Below, piece by piece: positions 51,856-62,450 of a stretch of 64,000 bases of DNA. A program made the position numbers and the translations under genes. The notes beneath the pieces are model-generated. The model searched no databases. It was not told the origin of the DNA and saw only the letters and a list, made by a program, of their open reading frames with translations. How positions within the stretch are numbered: position 1 is the stretch's first letter; each line of letters begins with the position of its first letter. The DNA lies in assembly GCF_988243305.1 (NCBI RefSeq), contig NZ_OZ547136.1; one strand, 5' to 3'.

Positions 51856-52776
51856 TTAATATCCTTTTTTTAAGATTGAATTAATCTTTATTTTACAATA
51901 ATAAGCAAATTTTCTAAGAAAAACACCATTTATATATTTAATCTTTACTCCTAACTTAGAAAAAATAATAAAATACACCTTAAAATAATAACAAATAGCA
52001 TTAAGAAAACGATGACTTGATTGCGGAAACAAAACCATCCCTAGCTCATCTTTATCGAGAATAATCCCCTGTTTTTTTAAATTACCAATGGCAATAGATA
52101 TGTGAATATCTGCTTGTATATGCTTTTTTATATTCGATATTTGATTTCCGTGATTTCGATAATAAAGCAAGGGTATATTTATATTACAGAATTTTCCGTA
52201 GTTTGCTAATCTACTCCAAAACTCATAATCTTCAGCATATTGGTAGCGTGGCTTATAATATAGGCATTCTTTTTTTATAATGCTGCTTCTCATCATTACA
52301 GTTGGATGAGCAAAACAACTGCCCACCAACAATCCTATTTTACAGGCTTCGTCTGAGTTAGGCATTTTTATAATTTTTCCGCTATTAACAGCTGACTCAA
52401 AAACTTTGATATTAGTTCCACAACACGCTATTTTTTGATCTGCATCCATTATTTCAACTTGTAATCTCAACCTTTCTCTGTGAGCAATATCATCAGCATC
52501 CATTCTAGCAATATACACTCCCGTAGCCATGTCTAATAATTCATTTAAAGTAGCTACTATCCCTTTATTTTCTCTATGCTTAATTTTGAATATCGCGGGA
52601 TATTTATTTTTATATTCATCAAGTATCTTTTGTGTACCATCCTGCGAGCCATCATTGATGATGATAATTTCAAATATTTTATATGTTTGTTCCAATATAC
52701 TGTCAATGCATGCGCCTAAGTATTTTTCAGCATTATATACCGGTATTATAACGGATACTTTGTTTTTATTAATCAT
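51856..52776 (-). CDS. family 2 glycosyltransferase (O-antigen)
   Basis: N-terminus KVSVIIPVYNAEKYLGACIDSILEQTY and DGSQDGT, a classic GT2 signature; 306 aa. Confidence 0.85.
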   Translation of the reverse strand: MINKNKVSVIIPVYNAEKYLGACIDSILEQTYKIFEIIIINDGSQDGTQKILDEYKNKYPAIFKIKHRENKGIVATLNELLDMATGVYIARMDADDIAHRERLRLQVEIMDADQKIACCGTNIKVFESAVNSGKIIKMPNSDEACKIGLLVGSCFAHPTVMMRSSIIKKECLYYKPRYQYAEDYEFWSRLANYGKFCNINIPLLYYRNHGNQISNIKKHIQADIHISIAIGNLKKQGIILDKDELGMVLFPQSSHRFLNAICYYFKVYFIIFSKLGVKIKYINGVFLRKFAYYCKIKINSILKKGY

Positions 52777-52782
52777 AATATA

Positions 52783-54054
52783 TCATACTTTGTTTTTATT
52801 AAGCAGATAACAGATCGTTACTATTAAGGAGAACATATATAATGCTTGAGATATTATATACGCTTTAAAAACATAAGAAATTTGAGCATTTTCGACGTAG
52901 CATAACGAATACTTACTTAATATACAATATACAGACCATTGTAACACTTCTAACACTATATATTCTTTTACGAATGCTTTGCTAATCAGCAAATAACCAA
53001 GCACCCATGCAATTATCTTAAAAAAATCTCCAATTAGTTGATAAACTATAACATCAACAATAGGAACGAACTCGTGTGTAAATAGAATATTTACTATCAA
53101 ACCGCGAAATGTATACATCAAGACTGAAGATATACAAACTAACGGAACCAAATACAAATAACAAACTTTTATTTCATTAAGCAATTCTGAACGGTTAGAT
53201 GCACTTGAAAACCTTGGAAAGAAATATACCCCCAATGTAGTCGTAATTAACATCAAATAGACTGAACTTATTCTATTAACAGCATCCCACAACCCAGCAT
53301 ACTCAATATTTATTGATGTTATGATTTCATTTCTCACATATAACGTACTAACTGGCACTAATATAGCTGAAGTGACTGTCATTAAAGAAAAAATTATGAT
53401 CCGTTTTAATATTGAAATATCAATTCGATTGCAATTATTAACATAGTATTCTCTTAAATATTTTTTTGAGTAAAAAAAAGTCACAAAAAACAATATAGCT
53501 TGATTTGAAACTACAGCAATCAATGCTCCTCTCATACCAAAAGAGATTGTCAATATAAAGGCGTATATTGCAGATATTAAACTCGATATGATATTAATCC
53601 ATATATAATTTTTAATAAATGACAATCCATTTAACATAGAAAGAATTATATTATTCCATGCATATAAAATAACACTCCCTCCCAAGAAATAAATTGCGAT
53701 GCTTACTTCATCATTAGAATTGAAAAATTGTTCGATAATTATATTTTTAAAGATAATTATGATAACAGCGGTTATAAATCCCATTATAGTAGACAAATAA
53801 ATTGCATTAATCCAAAAACTCCAGATTTTTTCCTTATTACTATTCTTATACTCTGACGTATACTTAACAATACTCGTTGAAATAGCTTGTGATGGCGCAA
53901 CCATAGCTATATTAAGGATATTTTGGATTTGGCCAATAAGTGCATATCCAGACGTACCTAAATATATTGCGAATACTTTATTAAGTCCAAGTAGAGTTGC
54001 TATTTTGACAAATACAGAAAGGCCATTAAGAATAAAGACATTATATACTTTCAC
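52783..54054 (-). CDS. wzx: O-antigen flippase
   Basis: 423-aa polytopic protein of the polysaccharide-transport (MOP/PST) type, first gene of the low-GC block. Confidence 0.8.
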   Translation of the reverse strand: MKVYNVFILNGLSVFVKIATLLGLNKVFAIYLGTSGYALIGQIQNILNIAMVAPSQAISTSIVKYTSEYKNSNKEKIWSFWINAIYLSTIMGFITAVIIIIFKNIIIEQFFNSNDEVSIAIYFLGGSVILYAWNNIILSMLNGLSFIKNYIWINIISSLISAIYAFILTISFGMRGALIAVVSNQAILFFVTFFYSKKYLREYYVNNCNRIDISILKRIIIFSLMTVTSAILVPVSTLYVRNEIITSINIEYAGLWDAVNRISSVYLMLITTTLGVYFFPRFSSASNRSELLNEIKVCYLYLVPLVCISSVLMYTFRGLIVNILFTHEFVPIVDVIVYQLIGDFFKIIAWVLGYLLISKAFVKEYIVLEVLQWSVYCILSKYSLCYVENAQISYVFKAYIISQALYMFSLIVTICYLLNKNKV

Positions 54055-54122
54055 AGTTCACCTAACATATTAAGTAGGTTATGATAACAAAACTCATATT
54101 TAATTATACCATAAATATAAAC

Positions 54123-54134
54123 CACGCTACCGCC
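54123..54134 (-). promoter_or_regulatory. ops element (RfaH-dependent antitermination) within the JUMPstart region upstream of the O-antigen operon
   Basis: Top strand cacgctaccgcc equals GGCGGTAGCGTG on the transcribed strand, in the galF-wzx intergenic region. Confidence 0.8.
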
Positions 54135-54407
54135 CCTGGCTATACAGCTACCAGAGCACTGCGTGTGTGTCTACAATGTAACGAGCGTTTCATGCTCGCA
54201 ATAAACAAAAAACCAAAAGCTAAATTATCTTACTAATCAGCTCTGAAAACAAGGAAATGTGTAAAAAAAGTCCTATTGCTGACTTGTTATTATCCCGAAT
54301 ATTTATAAATCAATAATAGCAGGAAGACTCGCAACAAGTTACTTTGCCTGCTAATCTTCACAACTATTACAGTCTTTTCGCATCTGTTGCATCCGATTCG
54401 ATTTTCA

Positions 54408-55301
54408 TTATTCCCTTAACAGCTTCTCAATCCCTTTACGGAACTTCGCCCCTTCTTTTAGGTTACGCAGTCCATACTTCACAAACGCTTGCATATAACC
54501 CATTTTTTTACCGCAGTCGTAGCTGTCACCGGTCATCAGCATGGCATCAACAGACTGTTTTTTCGCCAGTTCGGCAATAGCATCAGTCAGTTGGATACGT
54601 CCCCATGCACCTGGCTGAGTGCGTTCCAGTTCCGGCCAAATATCGGCAGAAAGCACATAACGGCCCACGGCCATGATGTCTGAGTCCAGCGTCTGCGGCT
54701 GATCCGGTTTTTCGATAAATTCAACAATGCGGCTGACTTTACCTTCGCGATCCAGCGGTTCTTTGGTCTGGATGACGGAGTATTCAGAGAGGTCACCCGG
54801 CATACGTTTTGCCAGCACCTGGCTACGGCCCGTTTCATTGAAGCGTGCAATCATGGCAGCAAGGTTGTAGCGTAGCGGGTCGGCGCTGGCGTCGTCGATC
54901 ACAACGTCTGGCAGCACCACGACAAATGGATTGTCACCAATGGCGGGTCGTGCACACAAAATGGAATGACCTAAACCTAAAGGTTCGCCCTGACGCACGT
55001 TCATAATAGTCACGCCCGGCGGGCAGATAGATTGCACTTCCGCCAGTAGTTGACGCTTCACGCGCTGCTCAAGGAGAGATTCTAATTCATAAGAGGTGTC
55101 GAAGTGGTTTTCGACCGCGTTCTTGGACGCGTGAGTTACCAGGAGGATTTCTTTGATCCCTGCAGCCACAATCTCGTCAACAATGTACTGAATCATTGGC
55201 TTGTCGACGATCGGTAGCATCTCTTTGGGAATCGCCTTAGTGGCAGGCAACATATGCATCCCAAGACCCGCTACCGGTATAACTGCTTTTAAATTCGTCA
55301 T
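54408..55301 (-). CDS. galF: UTP-glucose-1-phosphate uridylyltransferase paralogue GalF
   Basis: Start at [43 protein letters not shown]... Confidence 0.95.
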   Translation of the reverse strand: MTNLKAVIPVAGLGMHMLPATKAIPKEMLPIVDKPMIQYIVDEIVAAGIKEILLVTHASKNAVENHFDTSYELESLLEQRVKRQLLAEVQSICPPGVTIMNVRQGEPLGLGHSILCARPAIGDNPFVVVLPDVVIDDASADPLRYNLAAMIARFNETGRSQVLAKRMPGDLSEYSVIQTKEPLDREGKVSRIVEFIEKPDQPQTLDSDIMAVGRYVLSADIWPELERTQPGAWGRIQLTDAIAELAKKQSVDAMLMTGDSYDCGKKMGYMQAFVKYGLRNLKEGAKFRKGIEKLLRE

Positions 55302-55542
55302 CATTTTCCTACCTCTAAGTGGCTGATAGTGCGTAAATTATGCCATAGGTTAGCCAAACGGTATGGCTATATACCAAAGCTTAGTTCCGCATAACTTTGA
55401 TTAAACCTTACGATAACACTACACACCATCAGCATCTGGGTTACTCGGATTACTCGGAAATCCACATACTGATAATTTAATCAGTACCTCTTTCCGAATA
55501 ATCGTAGTCCAACCTGGTCCTTTTTTCTCTGACTCGTCTGCA

Positions 55543-56538
55543 TTACTCAGAAACAAACGTTATGTCGTCTTTTTTGGCATGAACGAATTCATACTGCAGA
55601 GTTCGATCCAGACCTTGCGACAGCGTATACGGTGCCACAAAACCTGAAGAATGCACTTTCGTTGCGTCAAACTGTGTTGTTGCGCAGAATTTTTTCACGC
55701 GCACTGAGCTGACAGCGTATTTTTTGCCCGTAATTTTGCTCAGGATATCAAAACAATATCCACCCAGCATTCCTAGTGGGTAAGGCAAGTGCATAGAAGG
55801 GATCTTTTTGTTCAGGCTTTGTTCAACTTCAGCAACCAACTGGTTCATGTTCAGGTCTGGCTTATCAACGTAGTTATAAACCTCATAACCTGCGGCAACA
55901 TTCTTCAGTTTGTACTTGATAAACTCAACAATGTTTCCAACATAAGCCATGGACTTATAGTTAGTTCCTGCACCCACCATCATAAACTTGCCGCCAGCGA
56001 TCTGTTTCAGCAAGTTATAGACGTTACCGCGGTTGCGTTCACCGAAGATAACGGTAGGACGGATGATGGTTAATGAACGTTCTGTTGGTGCTTTGTTATA
56101 CCATTCACGCAGCACTTCCTCTGCCTGCCACTTACTTTTGCCGTAGTGGTTGAAAGGGTCGTGTGGATGGTTTTCGTCAGGGTTATGTTTGTTCAAACCA
56201 TAAACAGCAACGGAACTGGTAAAGATGATATTTTTAACGCCATTTTTTTCCATGGCCGCCAGCACATTGCGGGTACCCTGAACGTTGACATCATAATAGA
56301 GAGAAGTAGGGCTGACGTCATCGCGGTGTTCCGCTGCCAGTAGTACAACAGTGTCAAAACCAACTAATGCCTGGTCGAGTGCCTGTTGATCGCGAACATC
56401 GCCAATCTGTGTGATTTCTGGATAAAAGTGGCTCTGCTGTTTGTCCAGGTTCTTGATATTAAAGTCAGCAATTGCCGTTTCAAGTAGTCGGGTTCCTACG
56501 AATCCGGAAGCTCCTATGAGCAAAACGTTATCGTTCAT
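55543..56538 (-). CDS. gne: UDP-N-acetylglucosamine 4-epimerase-type SDR protein (Z3206/Gne-like)
   Basis: 331-aa product MNDNVLLIGASGFVGTRLLE...; sits between galF and wcaM, as the Z3206-type gne does in several serogroups. Confidence 0.8.
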   Translation of the reverse strand: MNDNVLLIGASGFVGTRLLETAIADFNIKNLDKQQSHFYPEITQIGDVRDQQALDQALVGFDTVVLLAAEHRDDVSPTSLYYDVNVQGTRNVLAAMEKNGVKNIIFTSSVAVYGLNKHNPDENHPHDPFNHYGKSKWQAEEVLREWYNKAPTERSLTIIRPTVIFGERNRGNVYNLLKQIAGGKFMMVGAGTNYKSMAYVGNIVEFIKYKLKNVAAGYEVYNYVDKPDLNMNQLVAEVEQSLNKKIPSMHLPYPLGMLGGYCFDILSKITGKKYAVSSVRVKKFCATTQFDATKVHSSGFVAPYTLSQGLDRTLQYEFVHAKKDDITFVSE

Positions 56539-56695
56539 AAATCACTTTAGTCTGGTTGTTACGTAAGAAACACAAGATAAAGATGAGTACCTTCCCTGAG
56601 TAGTCAATGCTGCCCAGCCCCAGCTTTAACAGTTAGTGTGAGGATTATAATCTTTTAGAACATTATATCCAGTAAGTTTATGAATGGTCGCAAAT

Positions 56696-58090
56696 CTACT
56701 CCCTCCGTTCCGGCAATCTAAAGTTAATCTTTTCCACATTAACAATATGGTGATTAATCCTGTCGATATCGACGGAGCTTTGCCCTTTTTCATTCACCGC
56801 ATGAACATTTGCAAGAGACAGTAGTGTTTCTTTTTTCGCCATAAATACGCCGCGAACGTCTTTGCGCATGTCAAAGTTCATGCTCAATGCGGGTCCAACT
56901 GAGGATTCCTGCATCACCTTGATATTTCGCATAAAAAGATGTTGCGGTTTGTTGTGTAACTCCAGCGACGCACGCTTCATCTCAATGTTAGTCAGTGCCA
57001 CAAAGGAGACGGCATTCCCGGCAGAGATTTGGATGCCGCGCAATTTGTAAGCAAGGTGGGTATTATCCAGTTGAATATTATTCACTCGGAAATTTTGCGG
57101 TATCGAGAGATATGTGCCTTTAATTACCCCATAGCCGATTAACATTCCGGCGCTATTAATCATTTCAATATTATCAATCACGAAATTGTCACAACCGTAA
57201 ATAGCGACCGTCGCGTTATCAATACCTGCTTTCTTACTGAAATCCGGCGTGATATTGCGGGCTTTGATATTACGAATAACAAAATGTTTACCATTTTCAA
57301 CATGGATCAACTGCCGACAATCTGATCCCGTGATATTCGCCACGACAAAGTTTTTCACTGCCTGGTCTTCCGGGTAATTATTATCATAAGTGCTTCCCGC
57401 AAGACCTATGCCGATGCCCCAGTTGATTTTGCCGTTGGTACAGTTGATGCGCTCGATGACATGGTCGGAGATCAAAATATCACGGTCGTTAATCGCCACG
57501 TTCCATTCAATGGCGTCGCCCTGTAAGTCGCTGAACTTACAGTTGGTGATGTTGGCACCGATAATCTGGTTATGAAATCCCTGGCGTAAGATGGCGTAAT
57601 TAGCGTGGCTAACGGTCAGGTTATCGATGGTCAGGTTGCGCATGACCCGTTTGTTTTTGCCGCCGATATAAATCTGCGTTACCGGGCCAAAGCCGCTCAT
57701 AGTCAGCCCTTTGATGGTGCAGTCAGAGCCGCGCACATCCAGGGTGATGTTATGCATACTGCCGCCCTCCTCCCCTGTCACCTGGCTGCCGTCCTCTAAG
57801 ACAAACCGCCCTCTGCCGTTGCCGCGCAGGCTTCCAAGAATGTGTAACGTTTTGCCAGCAGGAATGAAGATGCCGGTGTTGATATTGTCACAAACCAATC
57901 CGCCAGGCACGACGACTGTTTGCCCTTCGCTGAAGGCTTGTTTAAATGAGGCGATCCAGTCGTGTGGATTATAATCGTTAATGTTAACGCTTGTTCGGGC
58001 GGGAAGTGCACGGGCGAAAGGGGTATGGAGGAAGGCAAGCGCCGAGCTTACCGTCAGGAAGGTGCGTCGGGAGAGTTTTTTAAATGGCAT
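56696..58090 (-). CDS. wcaM: colanic acid biosynthesis protein WcaM
   Basis: 464-aa product [28 protein letters not shown]... with a Tat-like signal. Confidence 0.9.
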   Translation of the reverse strand: MPFKKLSRRTFLTVSSALAFLHTPFARALPARTSVNINDYNPHDWIASFKQAFSEGQTVVVPGGLVCDNINTGIFIPAGKTLHILGSLRGNGRGRFVLEDGSQVTGEEGGSMHNITLDVRGSDCTIKGLTMSGFGPVTQIYIGGKNKRVMRNLTIDNLTVSHANYAILRQGFHNQIIGANITNCKFSDLQGDAIEWNVAINDRDILISDHVIERINCTNGKINWGIGIGLAGSTYDNNYPEDQAVKNFVVANITGSDCRQLIHVENGKHFVIRNIKARNITPDFSKKAGIDNATVAIYGCDNFVIDNIEMINSAGMLIGYGVIKGTYLSIPQNFRVNNIQLDNTHLAYKLRGIQISAGNAVSFVALTNIEMKRASLELHNKPQHLFMRNIKVMQESSVGPALSMNFDMRKDVRGVFMAKKETLLSLANVHAVNEKGQSSVDIDRINHHIVNVEKINFRLPERRE

Positions 58091-58100
58091 ACGTTCTCCT

Positions 58101-59321
58101 CTATAAAGCCTGTAACAAGCTGGCGAGTTCTCGATTAATCACCTGCTGGTTAAAATCGTGTTCGACTTTTTCGCGCGCACGTTTGACAACCGGAGCCAGT
58201 TCGTCGGTGTCCAGTTGGCTAAACGCCGCCAGTCGTTGCGCCAGTGCGCGAGCATCGTTCTCAGGCACCAGCCAGCCGGATTTATCGGCCTCCACCAGTT
58301 CCGGTATTCCGCTATGCAGAGTAGAAACCACCGGAATGCCGACCGCCATCGCTTCCATTAGCGCCACCGGAATACCTTCCATATCGCCATCCGCACCCGT
58401 TACCGATGGCAACAAGAAAACATCCGCGTTGTCGAGCATCGCTTTCACTTCATGGCTCGGTTTAAAGCCAGGCATCTCTACCACATCTTCCAGTTGATAT
58501 TGTTCGATGAGGGTGCGCAGGCGTCGTTCCCACGGGCCAATGCCGAGAATGCGATAGCGAAATGCAACGCCCTGCTCTTTCAACTGCCGGCAGGCTTCGA
58601 TCGCCACATGCAGGCCTTTTTTCTCGGTTAAGCGTGCGACGGAGATGATTTCCAGCGGCGTTGCGGGCGCTTTCACCGGACGCGGGCTAAAGCGCGTCAT
58701 GTCCACGCCCATGCGCGATACGGCGATTTTTTCCCTCGGGCAGCCCATTTTTTGCAGCCTTCCGGCCCACAAATCGCTTATCGGTAACATCAGGTCGCCA
58801 CGGCGAAACAGTTGTTGATATTCGGGAGTGTAATGGTTGAGCACTTCCCGACTGGAAATATCAATTCCGTGGAAAATGGTGGCAATTTTGCCGCGAATGA
58901 CACCCAGTTCGCGGAGTTTTGCTGCGGTTACCCCCGCAGGGCCAAAATGAGCGATAAAGACATCGGCATGAAGCGGTGTTGCGACCTGGCCGCAAATGGC
59001 AGACAAAATCAGGTTCCGCGACTCAGCACCATAGCGTTTGAGGTTGAGCGCCTGCCAGGTATTTTTACGATGAATGCCGCGTAACGTCTGGCTGGCGCGG
59101 TGGCGCAGTTTCGCTACTTTGCCCGCAGGTTCGTCCTGTAACCAACGGGTTCTTGCGGCAAGGTTGTATTTCGTCCATGCCGCGTGGGTGTTTTGTGTGT
59201 CGCCTTGTTGCAGCGCGACAATCTCCACCTCAAAGCCCATATCAATAAACGCAGTGATTTGGTTAAGAACGAAGGTTTCCGACGACAGCGGAAATTTCAA
59301 TAAGAAGAAGCCGACCTTCAT
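58101..59321 (-). CDS. wcaL: colanic acid glycosyltransferase WcaL
   Basis: 406-aa GT-B glycosyltransferase [22 protein letters not shown]... Confidence 0.9.
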   Translation of the reverse strand: MKVGFFLLKFPLSSETFVLNQITAFIDMGFEVEIVALQQGDTQNTHAAWTKYNLAARTRWLQDEPAGKVAKLRHRASQTLRGIHRKNTWQALNLKRYGAESRNLILSAICGQVATPLHADVFIAHFGPAGVTAAKLRELGVIRGKIATIFHGIDISSREVLNHYTPEYQQLFRRGDLMLPISDLWAGRLQKMGCPREKIAVSRMGVDMTRFSPRPVKAPATPLEIISVARLTEKKGLHVAIEACRQLKEQGVAFRYRILGIGPWERRLRTLIEQYQLEDVVEMPGFKPSHEVKAMLDNADVFLLPSVTGADGDMEGIPVALMEAMAVGIPVVSTLHSGIPELVEADKSGWLVPENDARALAQRLAAFSQLDTDELAPVVKRAREKVEHDFNQQVINRELASLLQAL

Positions 59322-60598
59322 TTCACCTCCCCGATGCGTTCCAGTACAGACTGTACCATCTGCATTCCTGTCTGACGCTCACGACTGACGGCTTCACTAA
59401 GTCGCGCATTCAGCGCCGGAAGCTGGCCTAAGGTATCCGCAACCATCGCTTGCAGGCTGCCGTCTAATAAATGACGGATATCAATTGCCATCTCTGGTAG
59501 CCCCAGTTGTTGCATAATCCCGGCGGATTTATGTTCATAGTTGATGGCAATCGCCGGAGTAGCAAAGTTCATTGAGATAATGGCGGAGTGCAGGCGCGTA
59601 CCGACGGTGAGTTCACAGGCTCCGAGAATTTTGCCCATTTCCAGATCGTTGAGTTCATCCATCACCACGTGGTAACGGGCAGGATCGCTGATGTGCTGGC
59701 GAAGATTGAGCGCCACCATGCGGTCGTCTTTGTTATAGCTGTCGATGCCCGTACAGGTGGATAGCGCAATCACCTGATACCCTTCATCGAGAATGCGATT
59801 GACCACTCCGGCAAAGGCTTTTTCATACGCTTGTTGAGTGGTGCCGAGACGTTTGTCGAACGGTGCCAGTTCGCGCAGGGTAATTGCCACCGTTTTCTGT
59901 TGTGCGGCAACGTCCAGCCAATGTTGAACGGCATAGCTGGCGGTGAATTCTTCTGTGTGGTGATCGACCAGCCACGCGGTATCGACGCCATGTTCCACTT
60001 TTGCGGTAGTGATATTGCTGCGTTTCATCAAATTAAGGCTGACCGATTCGCGCAGGATCAGCGCGTCGCAATGACCAAAGACATAGTTCGCCAGTTGGTT
60101 AAATTGCTCATCCTGGAACGGGCCGACGCTGTGACCAATCATAAACAGCGGCTTTTTCGCCATAAACGTGCAAAGTGCATGTTCAAACTGCGGCACGCCG
60201 TAGAGATCGACAAAAAACGATCCGCCGACCTGAATAATGGCGTCGTAACCTGACAGCAGGCGCACGAAGTCGGTGAATCCCTGGGCGATGGCGATATTAC
60301 GCAGCTTGCCAGTGTCGGTGACGCGTGAGAGCAATACCTGATGCTGGTAGCGGCGACGGAGGACTTTTTTAACGCGCCCGACAACGCCCGCCGCGCTGTT
60401 GTGTTGTTTCATTTGCAGGAACAGCGGATCGCCCATTACCGGGCGGTTGAGCAGCCAGGAAGAACTGACCGGATAGCGGCTCATCACGTCCACTTCGGCG
60501 TGTGGATTGAGGATGTTGATGGCATCAAGTAAGCCGCGCAAGATGGCGCTGTCGCCACGATTGCCGCAAGTGTGGTTGCCCAGAATAAGTAATTTCAT
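59318..60598 (-). CDS. wcaK: colanic acid pyruvyl transferase WcaK
   Basis: 426-aa product MKLLILGNHTCGNRGDSAILRGLLDAI... Confidence 0.9.
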   Translation of the reverse strand: MKLLILGNHTCGNRGDSAILRGLLDAINILNPHAEVDVMSRYPVSSSWLLNRPVMGDPLFLQMKQHNSAAGVVGRVKKVLRRRYQHQVLLSRVTDTGKLRNIAIAQGFTDFVRLLSGYDAIIQVGGSFFVDLYGVPQFEHALCTFMAKKPLFMIGHSVGPFQDEQFNQLANYVFGHCDALILRESVSLNLMKRSNITTAKVEHGVDTAWLVDHHTEEFTASYAVQHWLDVAAQQKTVAITLRELAPFDKRLGTTQQAYEKAFAGVVNRILDEGYQVIALSTCTGIDSYNKDDRMVALNLRQHISDPARYHVVMDELNDLEMGKILGACELTVGTRLHSAIISMNFATPAIAINYEHKSAGIMQQLGLPEMAIDIRHLLDGSLQAMVADTLGQLPALNARLSEAVSRERQTGMQMVQSVLERIGEVK

Positions 60599-60654
60599 TT
60601 TTTCCTCATAAATTTGATGCCAGGTGAGGCTGTGTTTGTTGTGTTCGTTGCCGT

Positions 60655-60950
<296 letters not shown>

Positions 60951-60970
60951 TCGGAACCGAAAACAGCAAC

Positions 60971-62449
60971 TCACCCCGCCCGTAAAAGCATTTTCATTTT
61001 TTCGCTGCGACAAAACTGACGCTTCACTTCCACCATCAGCGGATGGCGCGACAGCACAATCATCACCACAAACGCCAGCACGCCCGCGGCTATTTGCACC
61101 GCCAGCAGCATCCCCAGCGCCAGTTGCCCTTTCAGCACAATGCCCAGCGCATAACTGACCACCAGCGTCGGCAGCGAGAGATAAAACGGCAGCCACAAAC
61201 TCAGGATGTACTGGCGATAACTGGAACCGAGTACCGGTTTAATCATCACGAAGTAACTCAGAATGGTGTTGATAATCTGCACCAGCAGGAAACCGAGCGT
61301 GACGCCGATTGCGCCCGCCATCTGCCCACCAATAACAATCGCCGGAATAAACAGAAATGTTTTGAATACGTTGAATTTAAAGCTGATATCGACCCGCGCT
61401 TTCGCCATCAGCAGCGAACCAATCGGGTTACCCACGGAGCGCAGCAGACCCACCACACACAGCAATTGCAGCACCGGAATAATACTGTTCCACTTCTCAC
61501 CAAAGACCAGCGGTACAAAGTTATTCGACACCACCATCAGCCCGAGCAGCGCCGGAAAGTTGATAATCCCCACCACCGACAGCAGCTTGTAGAAGTTGAC
61601 GCGCAGCTTTTCGGTGTCGTCCTGAATTTTGGCAAATGCCGGAAACAACACGCGGGTGATGATTGGGTTCAGTTTCATCGGCGGCACAACGGCCACGTTG
61701 TACGCCAGGTTGTATCCCCCTGCCACGCCCGCGCCGAGAATACGCGCCAGCACCAGCGTTGAAAGGTTGGTATTGAGATAGTTGATGATGCTGTCCGCCG
61801 TCAGCCAGGCACCAAAGCGTAAGTTCGGTGCCACCGACGCCAGCGAGAAATGCAGACCGGGGCGATAAATTTTGCGGCCAAAGTAGCCAAACAGCAGCGT
61901 TCTCACCGCACTATTGACCAGATAACCGAGGATCGCGGTCATCGCCAGCGGCCAGAAATGGGCGCTAACCACCGTAAAAGTGAAGCCCGCCAGTACCGCG
62001 CTGGTTTCGATCATGCCGATTTTGTTGAACTCCAGCTCCTTCTGCATCAACGCGCGGAACTGTTGCCCGTGGGGGATCACCACAAACGCCAGCGACAATG
62101 TTTTAATCAACGGTGCCAGGTCCGGGTTATTCAGCACGTCGCCGATGAGATCACTCAACAAAAACACCGCCACGCACACCACGATCCCCAGCCCGACGTT
62201 CAGCCAGTACAACGTGGTGAGTTCAAGGTGACTGATTTCTTTTCGCTGAATAATCGAGTTAGCGATACCAAAGTCAGAAAGCGTATCTGCCAGCGCGATG
62301 ATCACCAGCGACACGGTAAGCAAACCGAACTGGTGGTTGTCGATAATCCGCGCCAGCACGGTCATCTGCACCAGCCCGAGGCCGATGATGATCACCGTGG
62401 CAATCGCCGACCACTTCGCGCCGCTGATGGTTTTTTCACGTAAGCTCAT
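60971..62449 (-). CDS. wzxC: colanic acid repeat-unit flippase WzxC
   Basis: 492-aa polytopic MOP-family protein MSLREKTISGAKWSAIATVIIIGLGLVQ... Confidence 0.92.
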   Translation of the reverse strand: MSLREKTISGAKWSAIATVIIIGLGLVQMTVLARIIDNHQFGLLTVSLVIIALADTLSDFGIANSIIQRKEISHLELTTLYWLNVGLGIVVCVAVFLLSDLIGDVLNNPDLAPLIKTLSLAFVVIPHGQQFRALMQKELEFNKIGMIETSAVLAGFTFTVVSAHFWPLAMTAILGYLVNSAVRTLLFGYFGRKIYRPGLHFSLASVAPNLRFGAWLTADSIINYLNTNLSTLVLARILGAGVAGGYNLAYNVAVVPPMKLNPIITRVLFPAFAKIQDDTEKLRVNFYKLLSVVGIINFPALLGLMVVSNNFVPLVFGEKWNSIIPVLQLLCVVGLLRSVGNPIGSLLMAKARVDISFKFNVFKTFLFIPAIVIGGQMAGAIGVTLGFLLVQIINTILSYFVMIKPVLGSSYRQYILSLWLPFYLSLPTLVVSYALGIVLKGQLALGMLLAVQIAAGVLAFVVMIVLSRHPLMVEVKRQFCRSEKMKMLLRAG

Positions 62450-62450
62450 A

